62,322 bases of DNA from Candidatus Omnitrophota bacterium (GTDB taxonomy: Bacteria > Ratteibacteria > UBA8468 > MWAK01): contig JAZDPL010000043.1 of NCBI GenBank assembly GCA_043797665.1, forward strand, positions 1 to 62,322, read 5' to 3'. Of this stretch, positions 1 through 9,975 are shown piece after piece. The translations under genes and the position numbers were made by a program. Below the pieces are notes generated by a model that saw only the letters and a list, made by a program, of their open reading frames with translations, was not told where the DNA came from and ran no database searches. Positions within the stretch are counted from its first letter, which is position 1, and each line of letters opens with the position of its first letter.

Positions 1-1
1 C

Positions 2-3000
2 ATCGGAGGCGGGGACCCGTTCCCGATAATGGGAGCATTGACGGTAAGCGTACCGGGGGCGGGTACAGAGTCCTGGGACGTCAACACGACGCAGGCAATC
101 AAGTTCAAGAAGAAGGGGAACTTACAGAGTGCGGACGTGTACTATGCATATAATGGAACGACCTACACCAAGATAAACACCACCGCAATAAACATATCAG
201 GTGCGCCGGACGGAGAAGGGAACTACACGTTTAACTGGTACATTGACCCGGCCAGTACCATCTTAACCAGCGGATTTGCCGGGAAGATTAAAGTGACGGC
301 GGTGACTCCGACCACGCAGACGTCCGTAGAGGGTATCCAGAATAACGCGATAGAGGTTAAGGGCACAGTGACCTTGGATGACCCATCTGCCAGCGGCATT
401 TCCATGGCGGTTGGAAATAGTTACACAATCAAGTGGACCAAAACGGGTAATATCACCAGCGTACAATTACATTATTCAACCACTGGTGGTGGCGTTGGTG
501 GTTATCCTGATGGTAACCTGATTACGACGGTTTCCGCAACACCTCCCAGTCATTCCTGGACCGTAGCAGACAAGATAGGCAGTAACCTGCGGATACGGGT
601 AATGGATGCCAATAACTCCAATGTCTGGGATGAATCGAATAATGTCTTTACGATCGTGGGTAAGGTTAACCTTACCGTTCCTGACGGTGGCCAGATCTGG
701 ACTGTTGGTACTACCCATCAGATTACCTGGACAAAGACCGGTACTTTTAACTACGTGAAATTAGAGCATTCGGTTGACGGCGATACCAGTTATCTGGTAC
801 CGCCAATCGTTTCCCAGACCGATGCCGGTGCTTTATCTTATAACTGGGTTATCCCGGACACTATCGGCAATAACAATAAGATAAGAATATCCGACCCGAA
901 CTATCCGAATTTGGTTAAAGATGTATCAACTGACGTTTTTACCATCGTTGGTGCCTTAGACTTGACCGGTCCTAACGGTGCAGAGGTCTGGTACGTGGGA
1001 GATACCAACCGGAATATTACCTGGAACGCCATTGGTACCATTACTGCGGTCAAGATTGAATATTCCACCAACGGCGGTGGTGCCTGGTCTACGATTAATA
1101 ATGGGGCACCGGGTGTTTATGGTTCCAACACTTATTCCTGGACGCCCATTCCTGATGCGATCAGTAAGAACTGCCTGGTCAAAATTTCTGATCCGAACTT
1201 CCCGAGTGTCAGTGACCAGTCTGCGGCGGTCTTTGATATCAGACCCAAACTCACCGTAACCGTTCCCAATGGAAGCGAAAGGTGGCTGGTCAGTTCCAAT
1301 CAACTGATTAGGTGGACTCACACCGGCAGTATCGGTCAGGTTAAGATAGAGTATTCTACGAACAGCGGTTCAACCTATTCTAACGTTGTTGCTTCAACTG
1401 AAGGTGCAACTGACCAGTACCTGTGGACCAATATTCCGGATACTATTTCCGCCAATTGCCAGGTTAAGATTACCCGGGTGGATGATTCAGCAGTAGTCTC
1501 TGTTTCTCCGACGTTCAAAATCATAGGCAGTGTTAACCTGACCAAACCGGTGGTGGATGAAAAGGTCAAGATTGGTACTAGTTACAAGGTAGAATGGACC
1601 ATGGTCGGTTCCATCACCAACGTGCGATTGGAATACTCTACCAACAATGGTTCCAGTTTTGGTTATTCGATAGTCGATTCTACGCCAGCTAACGCGTTAA
1701 GTTACTTCTGGAATGTCGGTAATCCTCCTTCACCCAACTGTGTCATCAAAATCTCCGACTATAATGATGCCGTAACCTATGACACCTCTGAGGTATTTAA
1801 GATTCAGGCACAGTTTAACATTACCGACCCGGATGGCGGTGAGGTGTTAGAGGTCGGTAAACCCTATTCCATTAAGTGGAGCACCATCGGTTCGGTATCC
1901 ACGGTAAAGTTAGAATACACTTCGAATGGCGGTAGTACCTATAATACAATTACCGATTCTGTTTCCAACACCGGGAACTACTCCTGGACAGTTCCTCCCG
2001 TGATTACAACCCAGGCAAAAGTGAAGGTTTCTGATACCAACGATTCCACCTCTTATAACGAGTCTGCGGCTACCTTCAAGATTAGAGGAGTTTTGACCTT
2101 GACTGCACCCAACGGCGGTGAAACCTGGGTTGTTGGTTCTTCGCAAAATATCACCTGGCAGAGGTCTGGTCCCATCGCCAACATTAGATTAGATTACTCT
2201 ATCGACGGCGGGACCTCTTATCCGGGTACTTTACCCGGCAATCCGATTACCACATCTTACAGCGCTTCTGCCGGGACCTTCCCGTGGACCGTTCCGGATA
2301 AGTTAAGTTCTACCGCAAGGGTTAAGATTACCGACGTTACCGACGATACGGTCTGTGATACGTCGGACGCCAACTTTACCATTAAGGGTGTTATCACCAT
2401 TACCAGACCAATCGGCGGAGAGATATTCCGGGTGGGAAGTACCGAAAACGTTACCTGGACAAAGGTGGGTACCTTTGCCAACGTTAAGATTGAATTTTCG
2501 GTCGGCGGCGCTGCTTACGAGGTGATTCCGGGTGCGGAGTCAATAACCGCCACAAACGGTACCTTTGGCTGGAATATTCCGGATAGAATTAACGACAACG
2601 TAAAAGTGCGGATAAGCAATGCCGGTACCGAACCGGTAGACACTTCCACTTCCGGTTCCCTTGCCATTAAGGGTGTTTTGAAGATAGACGCACCGGTAGG
2701 TACTGACATCTGGAACGTTGACAAGTCATACGACATCTTATGGACCAGGACCGGTTCCGTTGCCAATGCCAAGTTAGAATACTCTTACGGTGGCGGAGCC
2801 TATCAGACAATTATCTCATCCGTGAATGCCAGTTTAGGTACGTATAACTGGACCATACCCAACACCATCAGCAATAATGTACGGGTCAAGATTACCCAGA
2901 CCACCGATAATTTAGTTGTTGATACCTCGCCGGTCTTCAAGATTGCCGGATACTTAGACCTTACCTATCCTAATGGCGGCGAGACTCTGGTTGTTGATGA

Positions 3001-6000
3001 GAATGTTCCCATTACCTGGGTAAGGCACGGAACGATTGCCGCGGTTGACCTCTATTACTCCAAAGATAACGGTGCCGATGGCTATCCCTATCAAATTGCT
3101 AATGCGGTACCTGCGGCTAACCAGAGTTATACCTGGCCGGTTCCGGACAGCATCGGAACCCAGGTGAAGGTAAAGATTGCTGATGACGATACCGGAAGTT
3201 ATACTTCCGCTGATACTTCTGCAGCCGCATTTGAAATCAGGGGTTCTTTAACCATTACCTCTCCCATCTTGAATGACGTCTGGATTTCTACCACCAGCCA
3301 TAACATTACCTGGGTGAGGCATGGTTCGATCGCCAATGCCAAATTACAATATTCCGTGAACAGTGGCAGTACCTTCCCGTACACCATTGTGGCTTCTATT
3401 GATGCTGGTTCCCTCTCTTATTCCTGGACCATTCCCAATACCACGGCCAAGAACGCGGCAATGGTCAAGATAACCAACTTAGCCGACAGCAATGTTTATG
3501 ATGACAGTGATATCTTTACCATCCGGGGCGGCTTTATCATTACCGCACCTACTGCGGTAACCAGGTGGCCGGTTAACAGTTCCCAGAATATTACCTGGAC
3601 TACTTTCGGCTCAATCGCTAACGTGATGCTGAAGTATTCTACCAATAACGGGGCTACCTGGAATCCCATTACCGTCGATCCAATAACCAACATTAATGAA
3701 TATCTCTGGACTATTCCGGTTGATGCCACATTGGGCAATCAGACTTTGGTGAAGGTCTATGACTCTAATGATGCCGATGCGGTTGGCATTTCACCGCAGT
3801 TTGTCCTCCACGGAATTTTAACGGTGAGTCAGCCCAACGGCGGAGAGCAATGGGGTGTGGGAACATCCCAACAGATTACCTGGACCAGGGTGGGTTCAAT
3901 CGCCAGTATAAAGTTGGAGTACTCCACCAATGGAGGTACTAACTTTACGACAATTATCGGTACGACCCCGGCCGCAAACCTCTCTTATAGCTGGACGATA
4001 CCGGAGAGCACCACTCTCTCTACCCAGTGTCTAATCAAAATTACCGATGTCAGTGATTCTTTAGTGGTAGATACTTCCAACAACTATTTTAAGATTAAAG
4101 CTTCCTTTACCGTGACCACTCCTAACGGTAATGAAACCCTGGTCTGCGGTGAAACAAAGACGGTTCAGTGGGGAACCGTGGGAGATGTTCCCTCTGTTAA
4201 TTTAGAGTATACGACTGACAGTGGCTCAACCTGGACCTTATTGCCCGGTATGCCTATTACCAACACCGGTTCAAGTAACTGGTCCATTCCGACCACGGTG
4301 ATTTCCAACCAGGTAAAAATCAGGGTATCTGATTCCCGGGATAGTTCGGCTTACGACACCTCAGATAATAACTTTAAGATTGTGGGTAAGCTTACCGTTA
4401 CCGTTCCCAACGGTGGAGAGAAGTGGGGAGTTGATTCTCAGCAATTAATCCAGTGGAATACGGTTGGTCCGATTGACAAGGCTAAACTCCAGTACCGGAA
4501 TCCCAGCGGGATTTATATCAATATCTTTGAGACGCCGATCGACAATAACGGTAATTATCTCTGGACCGTTCCCAACGCGATTACTTCGGAAGCAAAGATT
4601 AAGGTAATTGACGGAAATGACAGCGCGGTCCTTGATGAATCCAACAATTACTTTAAGATTATGAGGCAGTTTGACGTTACCGCACCGGTTGGTGGTCAGA
4701 CCTGGCTGGCTGGTAGTGCTCAACAGATAAGGTGGACTACTCACGGAACCTCCGGGAATGTCAAGTTGGAGTATTCCACCAATAACGGTGCAACCTTTAC
4801 GGTAATTACATCATCTGTCTCTGACAATGGTTTCTATGACTGGACCGTGGTAAACCAGGCCAGCGGTGATTGTTACATCAAGGTTTCTGACGCCGGAGAT
4901 GCGGATGCCTATAAATCTTCCGGTAAGTTTAGAATCAGAGCCATTCTTACGCTAACCGCACCTACCGGTGGTCAAATCTTAAAGTTTGGTGATAACTATA
5001 ATATCACCTGGACACAGATGGGTAAGACCGGCACCGTGAAGTTAGAATATTCCGATGATGATTTTGTCGGTTCCGATAACGTAATCTCAGACACTGTTCC
5101 TACCGGAGATACCGGTGGTTCTTATACCTGGACGGTACCTGACTTTATCCGGGCCACCAATGTGATAAAAGTAAGGGTCTCTGACCCCCAGGATAACGGT
5201 GCGGTCTCTACCTCCGGTGGCTTAAAAATCGTTACCAGAATTACGGTAAATAAGCCGGATGTCACCAGTAAGTGGTATGTTAATGACTACAATGATATTA
5301 CCTGGAACTGGACCGGTACGGTTCCCCGGGTGTCTCTCTACTATTCACCTTCCGGTGGTGCGGCCGGAACTTATGTCGCGATTACCGCGATTGACAATAC
5401 TGATGTTGATACTGCCCCGGCGACGCAGACCGGAAAATACACCTGGTACGTACCCAATAGTATCACGGCGCAACTGAAGGTTAAGGTCTGCGATGAGAGG
5501 GATGAGACCGACGGTTTTGGCGTTTCCGGCGGAGATGCCAAGATTCGGGCCAAGTTCACCCTTAGTGCTCCCAACGGCGGTCAGGAGTGGGTGGCGGGAA
5601 GTACGGAGACCATTTCCTGGAGTAATATCGGAACGGTTAATTACGTGAACTTAGACTATTCTACCAATAGCGGTGCTACCTATTCTTACAATATCGCCAC
5701 CAATGTGCCTAACGGAGCAAATGGAGGTAGTTACAACTGGACTATTCCTGAGAGTATCGTTATCTCCCGTACGGTTCGGGTAAGGGTAATGAGCAGTTCT
5801 GATTCTGATGCCTATGACGATTCTAATAGCGATTTGCGTCTCAAAGGAAAACTCCTGGTTACCGCTCCGGCCAGTTCCTCTTCCTGGAAGGTAGGCAGTA
5901 ATTATACCATTACCTGGAATACCAACGGTCCGATTCAGAATGTAGATATCCTCTATTCAATTAACAGCGGTTCCGCCTTCCCGTACACCGTTGCGGCAAA

Positions 6001-8536
6001 CCTTGCTAACAGTGGTTCAAAGACCTGGACTATTCCGGATACCGTAACTCCTAATGCGGTAGTCAGAGTCAGGGATGCTTCTTCCGGCAATACCGACGTC
6101 CTGGACGATTCCGAGGTATTCCGCATTGTGGGTTCTTTCACTCTGACTTCTCCCAATACCGGCGCGGAGAAATGGAAGGTTGCTTCCATCTACGCGGTAA
6201 CCTGGAACTGGACCGGTACGATTTCCAGCGTCAAACTTTCTTATTCCACGGACTCCGGTTCTACCTTCCCCTATTCTATCGGCACAGTTTCCAACGGTGC
6301 CGGCGGTTCCGGAAGTTACAGTTACAACTGGACCATTCCGGACACTATCTCTACCGCGGTAAGGGTTAAGATTGAAGACCCCAATGACTCCACCGTCTTT
6401 GATATCTCAGACAATAATTTCAGAATTCAGGCCACCTTCACGATTACCGCACCCAACGGCGGCGAGAGATGGGTTACCAATGAAGGCGGAGATGCCTGGG
6501 AGAATGACCTTGATTATAAACTAAGTGTTGGTCAGATTACCCAGTCCGAGAGGGATGCCCAGAGCAGACGGATTAAGTGGCAGACAGTGGGAACGCCACA
6601 GTACATTAAACTCTTATACTCCACGGATGGAAGTACCTATCCTTACGTCATAGTGGTTTCAATGTCCAATACCGGCACTTACAACTGGACGATTCCGGAT
6701 ACCCGAAGTACCACCAGCCGGGTTAAGGTGGTAGATGTTTACGACGATACCTCTTATGATGTTTCCAACAATAACTTTAAGATTGACTACTATCAGACTA
6801 TCTGGGAGTTACGTGATTTACTTACCAACGCCCTGGTAAGTCCCCTTGATGTGGAGAGTACCTCGGGTTGGCAAGAGGCGGGCTTGAGTCCGGACCCGGT
6901 AGAGCAGGGTGTGGTCCATGATGAGCCGTACGGTACCTGGACGGTTACCTGGAAGGCAACCGGCTTTGGAGACAAGAAGATTACCTATAACTGCAACCAG
7001 GACCAGCGAATCAAGGAATTTATGGAGACCACGGTTATCCATCTCTGGGAAGCGGAATCGGAGTTTACCTATGACCCGACTACCGACGACTTAGCCGTCA
7101 CCTCCTGGTTGGAAAGGGATGGAGGTCTCATTACCGGCGGTCTTTATTATGAACTTGATATCTATGACGATACCGGTCAACTTATTAAAGTGATAAAGCC
7201 GGCCGGTGAAGGAGAATACAGCGAAGATGCCCAGTATACCAATACCTCCGGACAGGACCCGGGTGAACCGGATGCGGCCGGTTTCTACCACCTCCTGTGG
7301 TCAGATTGTGGATTGGAATCCGGCGCGATATATTCCACGATTACCAAAATTCAGATCGGTACCGGTGCGTTATTCAAAACTTCCAAGGCGCTGACCGTTA
7401 CCGAACAGAAGACCACCCAGGAACTTACCGATACCATCAACGAACAACTCGACGTACCTTTAAGCCAGGTGCAGGCGGATGTTGCTACCGAATTGTCAAA
7501 TCAGACCGGCATAATAACTATTATGATGGGCCAGCAGACCGACACCATCAACAGTCAGATGACCGAACAGACCAATATTATCCAGACCAAGATGGACGAA
7601 CAGTCTAATCTTATCCAGACCAAGATGGATGAGCAGTCCCAGAGTATCAACGATGTCCTGGTCAGTATGGAGACCTCTTTTGACCAGTCGTTGACCGAGA
7701 TAAATGCTGCGACTGATGAAGTGAAATCCGTCGCGGTTAGAGTGGAGACCGCCGGTGAGAATTTAGAGAAGACACAGAAGAAGTACTCCGGAGACCTGAT
7801 TCTGCCGGAAAAGGTTATGGTCGGTGATGAAATGCAGATAACCTACCGGATTCAGGCCGGTCTGCATCCCACGGCGGATATCTATAACTCCGACGGAAAG
7901 GCGGTCCTGACCGATGTGCCGTTGGATGAATCTTCCGAATCACCAGGGTTGTATACTTATACCCTGAAGGTTGAATCGACCAAATTCAAGGGTGGTAAAC
8001 CGATTACCGTTATGGTGAGCGAACCGGTAACCGGCAATTTAGAGGTTGGTTCCACCGAAGCGGAGACTACGACCCTGACCGACATTCTGGGTCTGGTGTC
8101 GGGTCAAAGAGCCGCGATGAAAGACGTGGAAGCCAAGACCATTGCCGCGATTGAAGATATTGGCGCCGCCCTGATGGCTAACATCAAAGGGTTTGCCGGT
8201 TCCACCGAAGACGTATCCAGCGCCTTAGAATCATTAACGGTTGCCCTGGAAACGATTCCGGACCAGATTGCGGAAAAAGTTACCGAAAGGGGTGGCTTTG
8301 AGGATATGGGCCGGGTTCTGAATGACGTAGCCACCAAACTTACTGGCTTGGCCGGTGAGAAAGGATACGATATTGAGACGATGGTTACCGAAGCCCTGAA
8401 GGAGACACCTTCCCTTAAGTCAATCAGGAGGAAGACCGACAATATTGAAACAACGATTGAGGTAATCAAGGGGTTGGTACAGCAGATGTTGGCAGGTAAC
8501 GAAAAGCCGTTCGTGGTTGCCACCTTTGAGCGATAG
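2..8536 (+). CDS. Giant surface protein (5'-truncated at window edge): about 23 tandem ~100-aa Ser/Thr-rich Ig-like repeats (Kre9/KNH, GPI-anchored-like) plus C-terminal coiled-coil region
   Basis: Frame is open from base 2 (IGGGDPFPIM...), so the gene starts upstream. Recurrent motifs: PNGGExW, I(T/K)W, L(E/K)YSTxxGxT, Y(N/S/T)WTIPD, DxSxxxF(K/T)I. 23 W-x-x-P type module ends counted. Confidence 0.9.
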   Translation: MGGGDPFPIMGALTVSVPGAGTESWDVNTTQAIKFKKKGNLQSADVYYAYNGTTYTKINTTAINISGAPDGEGNYTFNWYIDPASTILTSGFAGKIKVTAVTPTTQTSVEGIQNNAIEVKGTVTLDDPSASGISMAVGNSYTIKWTKTGNITSVQLHYSTTGGGVGGYPDGNLITTVSATPPSHSWTVADKIGSNLRIRVMDANNSNVWDESNNVFTIVGKVNLTVPDGGQIWTVGTTHQITWTKTGTFNYVKLEHSVDGDTSYLVPPIVSQTDAGALSYNWVIPDTIGNNNKIRISDPNYPNLVKDVSTDVFTIVGALDLTGPNGAEVWYVGDTNRNITWNAIGTITAVKIEYSTNGGGAWSTINNGAPGVYGSNTYSWTPIPDAISKNCLVKISDPNFPSVSDQSAAVFDIRPKLTVTVPNGSERWLVSSNQLIRWTHTGSIGQVKIEYSTNSGSTYSNVVASTEGATDQYLWTNIPDTISANCQVKITRVDDSAVVSVSPTFKIIGSVNLTKPVVDEKVKIGTSYKVEWTMVGSITNVRLEYSTNNGSSFGYSIVDSTPANALSYFWNVGNPPSPNCVIKISDYNDAVTYDTSEVFKIQAQFNITDPDGGEVLEVGKPYSIKWSTIGSVSTVKLEYTSNGGSTYNTITDSVSNTGNYSWTVPPVITTQAKVKVSDTNDSTSYNESAATFKIRGVLTLTAPNGGETWVVGSSQNITWQRSGPIANIRLDYSIDGGTSYPGTLPGNPITTSYSASAGTFPWTVPDKLSSTARVKITDVTDDTVCDTSDANFTIKGVITITRPIGGEIFRVGSTENVTWTKVGTFANVKIEFSVGGAAYEVIPGAESITATNGTFGWNIPDRINDNVKVRISNAGTEPVDTSTSGSLAIKGVLKIDAPVGTDIWNVDKSYDILWTRTGSVANAKLEYSYGGGAYQTIISSVNASLGTYNWTIPNTISNNVRVKITQTTDNLVVDTSPVFKIAGYLDLTYPNGGETLVVDENVPITWVRHGTIAAVDLYYSKDNGADGYPYQIANAVPAANQSYTWPVPDSIGTQVKVKIADDDTGSYTSADTSAAAFEIRGSLTITSPILNDVWISTTSHNITWVRHGSIANAKLQYSVNSGSTFPYTIVASIDAGSLSYSWTIPNTTAKNAAMVKITNLADSNVYDDSDIFTIRGGFIITAPTAVTRWPVNSSQNITWTTFGSIANVMLKYSTNNGATWNPITVDPITNINEYLWTIPVDATLGNQTLVKVYDSNDADAVGISPQFVLHGILTVSQPNGGEQWGVGTSQQITWTRVGSIASIKLEYSTNGGTNFTTIIGTTPAANLSYSWTIPESTTLSTQCLIKITDVSDSLVVDTSNNYFKIKASFTVTTPNGNETLVCGETKTVQWGTVGDVPSVNLEYTTDSGSTWTLLPGMPITNTGSSNWSIPTTVISNQVKIRVSDSRDSSAYDTSDNNFKIVGKLTVTVPNGGEKWGVDSQQLIQWNTVGPIDKAKLQYRNPSGIYINIFETPIDNNGNYLWTVPNAITSEAKIKVIDGNDSAVLDESNNYFKIMRQFDVTAPVGGQTWLAGSAQQIRWTTHGTSGNVKLEYSTNNGATFTVITSSVSDNGFYDWTVVNQASGDCYIKVSDAGDADAYKSSGKFRIRAILTLTAPTGGQILKFGDNYNITWTQMGKTGTVKLEYSDDDFVGSDNVISDTVPTGDTGGSYTWTVPDFIRATNVIKVRVSDPQDNGAVSTSGGLKIVTRITVNKPDVTSKWYVNDYNDITWNWTGTVPRVSLYYSPSGGAAGTYVAITAIDNTDVDTAPATQTGKYTWYVPNSITAQLKVKVCDERDETDGFGVSGGDAKIRAKFTLSAPNGGQEWVAGSTETISWSNIGTVNYVNLDYSTNSGATYSYNIATNVPNGANGGSYNWTIPESIVISRTVRVRVMSSSDSDAYDDSNSDLRLKGKLLVTAPASSSSWKVGSNYTITWNTNGPIQNVDILYSINSGSAFPYTVAANLANSGSKTWTIPDTVTPNAVVRVRDASSGNTDVLDDSEVFRIVGSFTLTSPNTGAEKWKVASIYAVTWNWTGTISSVKLSYSTDSGSTFPYSIGTVSNGAGGSGSYSYNWTIPDTISTAVRVKIEDPNDSTVFDISDNNFRIQATFTITAPNGGERWVTNEGGDAWENDLDYKLSVGQITQSERDAQSRRIKWQTVGTPQYIKLLYSTDGSTYPYVIVVSMSNTGTYNWTIPDTRSTTSRVKVVDVYDDTSYDVSNNNFKIDYYQTIWELRDLLTNALVSPLDVESTSGWQEAGLSPDPVEQGVVHDEPYGTWTVTWKATGFGDKKITYNCNQDQRIKEFMETTVIHLWEAESEFTYDPTTDDLAVTSWLERDGGLITGGLYYELDIYDDTGQLIKVIKPAGEGEYSEDAQYTNTSGQDPGEPDAAGFYHLLWSDCGLESGAIYSTITKIQIGTGALFKTSKALTVTEQKTTQELTDTINEQLDVPLSQVQADVATELSNQTGIITIMMGQQTDTINSQMTEQTNIIQTKMDEQSNLIQTKMDEQSQSINDVLVSMETSFDQSLTEINAATDEVKSVAVRVETAGENLEKTQKKYSGDLILPEKVMVGDEMQITYRIQAGLHPTADIYNSDGKAVLTDVPLDESSESPGLYTYTLKVESTKFKGGKPITVMVSEPVTGNLEVGSTEAETTTLTDILGLVSGQRAAMKDVEAKTIAAIEDIGAALMANIKGFAGSTEDVSSALESLTVALETIPDQIAEKVTERGGFEDMGRVLNDVATKLTGLAGEKGYDIETMVTEALKETPSLKSIRRKTDNIETTIEVIKGLVQQMLAGNEKPFVVATFER
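7490..7660 (+). repeat. 33-bp / 11-aa (hendecad) coding tandem repeat in the coiled-coil tail of the giant protein
   Basis: TTATCCAGACCAAGATGGA at 7578 and 7611. Peptide QMTEQTNIIQT/KMDEQSNLIQT/KMDEQSQSIND. Confidence 0.8.
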
Positions 8537-8549
8537 TAGTATAATATAG

Positions 8550-9236
8550 TTGATGGTTGTCAAAAGGTTAGTAGGATTCTTCTTAATCCTCATTTTTTTA
8601 TTCTCAGGTTCCGGTTTGAGGGCAGAGAAAACCGCGGTGGAGGGTAAGCCGCAGGAGGTTACCAAGCCGGCCGAGACAGCGAAAAAACCGGAAGAACCTG
8701 CCAGGTCCACGGTTATAATGAAAGTGATCGCAGCCAATCCTTCCCGTCAAAAGTCGCAATCAGTAGAAGTTAAGAGTTACCTGCCGATAGAAATAAAACC
8801 AGTCAATGTAATAAATTCCGGAGGCTTGGAAGTTCTCTTTGACAAAGAGAAATCTTGTTATTATCTCTACAAAAAAGAGGTGGTGTTGGAGCCAGCCAGG
8901 ATTCAGCCTTTTACTGTGGAATTGCAGGATGTCTGGTTTATTCCGCAGAAGGACATTGACACTTTAAAGACTCAGACCAACGAACTCCTTGACAAAGTCA
9001 AGAAAATTTCGTATAATTATGAAGAAGGCAAGGTTGTTGCAGAAAAGATTCTTAAGAAATTGGGTGAAATCAGCAAATCGCAGGAAAAAGATGAGACGTT
9101 GTCTCTAAAGACAAAGATATTTCTTTACCGGAAGAATAAAGATGGATTGAAAGAGGTGAGAGAAAATCTGGAAAAATTGAGGAATTTAACCAAGGAGAAG
9201 AAAGAGAAGGTAGAGGATAAGAAGAAAAAGACGTAA
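8550..9236 (+). CDS. Exported hypothetical protein, paralog of 9976..10818
   Basis: Signal-peptide-like N-terminus. Shared domain ANPS..QSVEVKSYLP.E..P..V..SGGLE..FD.EK.CYY.YKK, then a coiled coil. Confidence 0.85.
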   Translation: MMVVKRLVGFFLILIFLFSGSGLRAEKTAVEGKPQEVTKPAETAKKPEEPARSTVIMKVIAANPSRQKSQSVEVKSYLPIEIKPVNVINSGGLEVLFDKEKSCYYLYKKEVVLEPARIQPFTVELQDVWFIPQKDIDTLKTQTNELLDKVKKISYNYEEGKVVAEKILKKLGEISKSQEKDETLSLKTKIFLYRKNKDGLKEVRENLEKLRNLTKEKKEKVEDKKKKT

Positions 9237-9244
9237 CGTATTGT

Positions 9245-9321
9245 GTCATTCCCGCATGTTTTTGGCGGGAATCCAGTGAATTACAAGTATGGATTCCTGT
9301 TTACAATCTGCAGGAATGACA
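9245..9321. repeat. GTCATTCCCGC...GGGAATCC / GGATTCC...GGAATGAC palindromic element (RPE/dRS3-like)
   Basis: Two inverted arms in the intergenic space, followed by GGTTCACTGAATATTT. Confidence 0.75.
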
Positions 9322-9363
9322 TTGTGGTTCACTGAATATTTATCATTTACCAAGGAGGTAGGA

Positions 9364-9945
9364 ATGTCTACGAGACAGAAGATAGCGGGATTTTTGGTGT
9401 TAGCGGTGTTATTTTTAGGATTTTCGGTCCTTTTGGTGAATGCCGAGCAGAAAAAAGAATCTGCTCCGGCGTCTAAAAAAGAAGCGACTGCGGCGGAGAA
9501 AGACCGCAAGTTCCTGGAAGAGAGTAAGAAGGAATTAAATAACACAAAGTGGTTAATATCCACGGGTCCGCTGTATGAGAATGTTTACACCGGCAGTGAC
9601 GTTCTCTACTTCTTTGAAAATCAGGTAATCTCCAGAGAATTTAAAGAAAAGGGGTATTCACCCACCAACTACAGTTTCCGACTTCAACCCGACAATTCTA
9701 TTATCTGGGAGACAATGCAGAGGGATAACAAGAGTGGGGATGTTGTCTTCTGGCGCGGGGACTACTATCCTTTGGAAAAGCGGATGAGGGGTTCTTTTAC
9801 AAAAACGTCCAAGGAAGGGAAGGTGGACAGCAGTTCTTTCCAGAGTACCGAATATAGCAAGATGGAAAAGTTGCCGCCGGAGTTGACAGCAAAACCGGAG
9901 GTTAAGGAAGAACCGAAAGTAGCAACACCTCCTGAGGGGGAATAG
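9364..9945 (+). CDS. Exported hypothetical protein
   Basis: AAGGAGG RBS before ATG 9364. Hydrophobic signal ending in VNA. Confidence 0.85.
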   Translation: MSTRQKIAGFLVLAVLFLGFSVLLVNAEQKKESAPASKKEATAAEKDRKFLEESKKELNNTKWLISTGPLYENVYTGSDVLYFFENQVISREFKEKGYSPTNYSFRLQPDNSIIWETMQRDNKSGDVVFWRGDYYPLEKRMRGSFTKTSKEGKVDSSSFQSTEYSKMEKLPPELTAKPEVKEEPKVATPPEGE

Positions 9946-9975
9946 TAGCGGTTCAGTACATTTCCCGTCACTACC

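Noticed and set aside
223..8523. Many short ORFs antisense to or overlapping the giant gene (and similar ones across the window, e.g. 31104..31814, 37798..38430, 62051..62317)
   Set aside because: They are shadows of well-supported genes with no recognisable motifs or RBS.
9289..9363. N-terminal extensions in the ORF track (9289, 11221, 25537, 37458, 38929, 59136)
   Set aside because: They run through repeats or neighbouring genes. Downstream ATGs fit RBS, signal peptide or family N-termini better.
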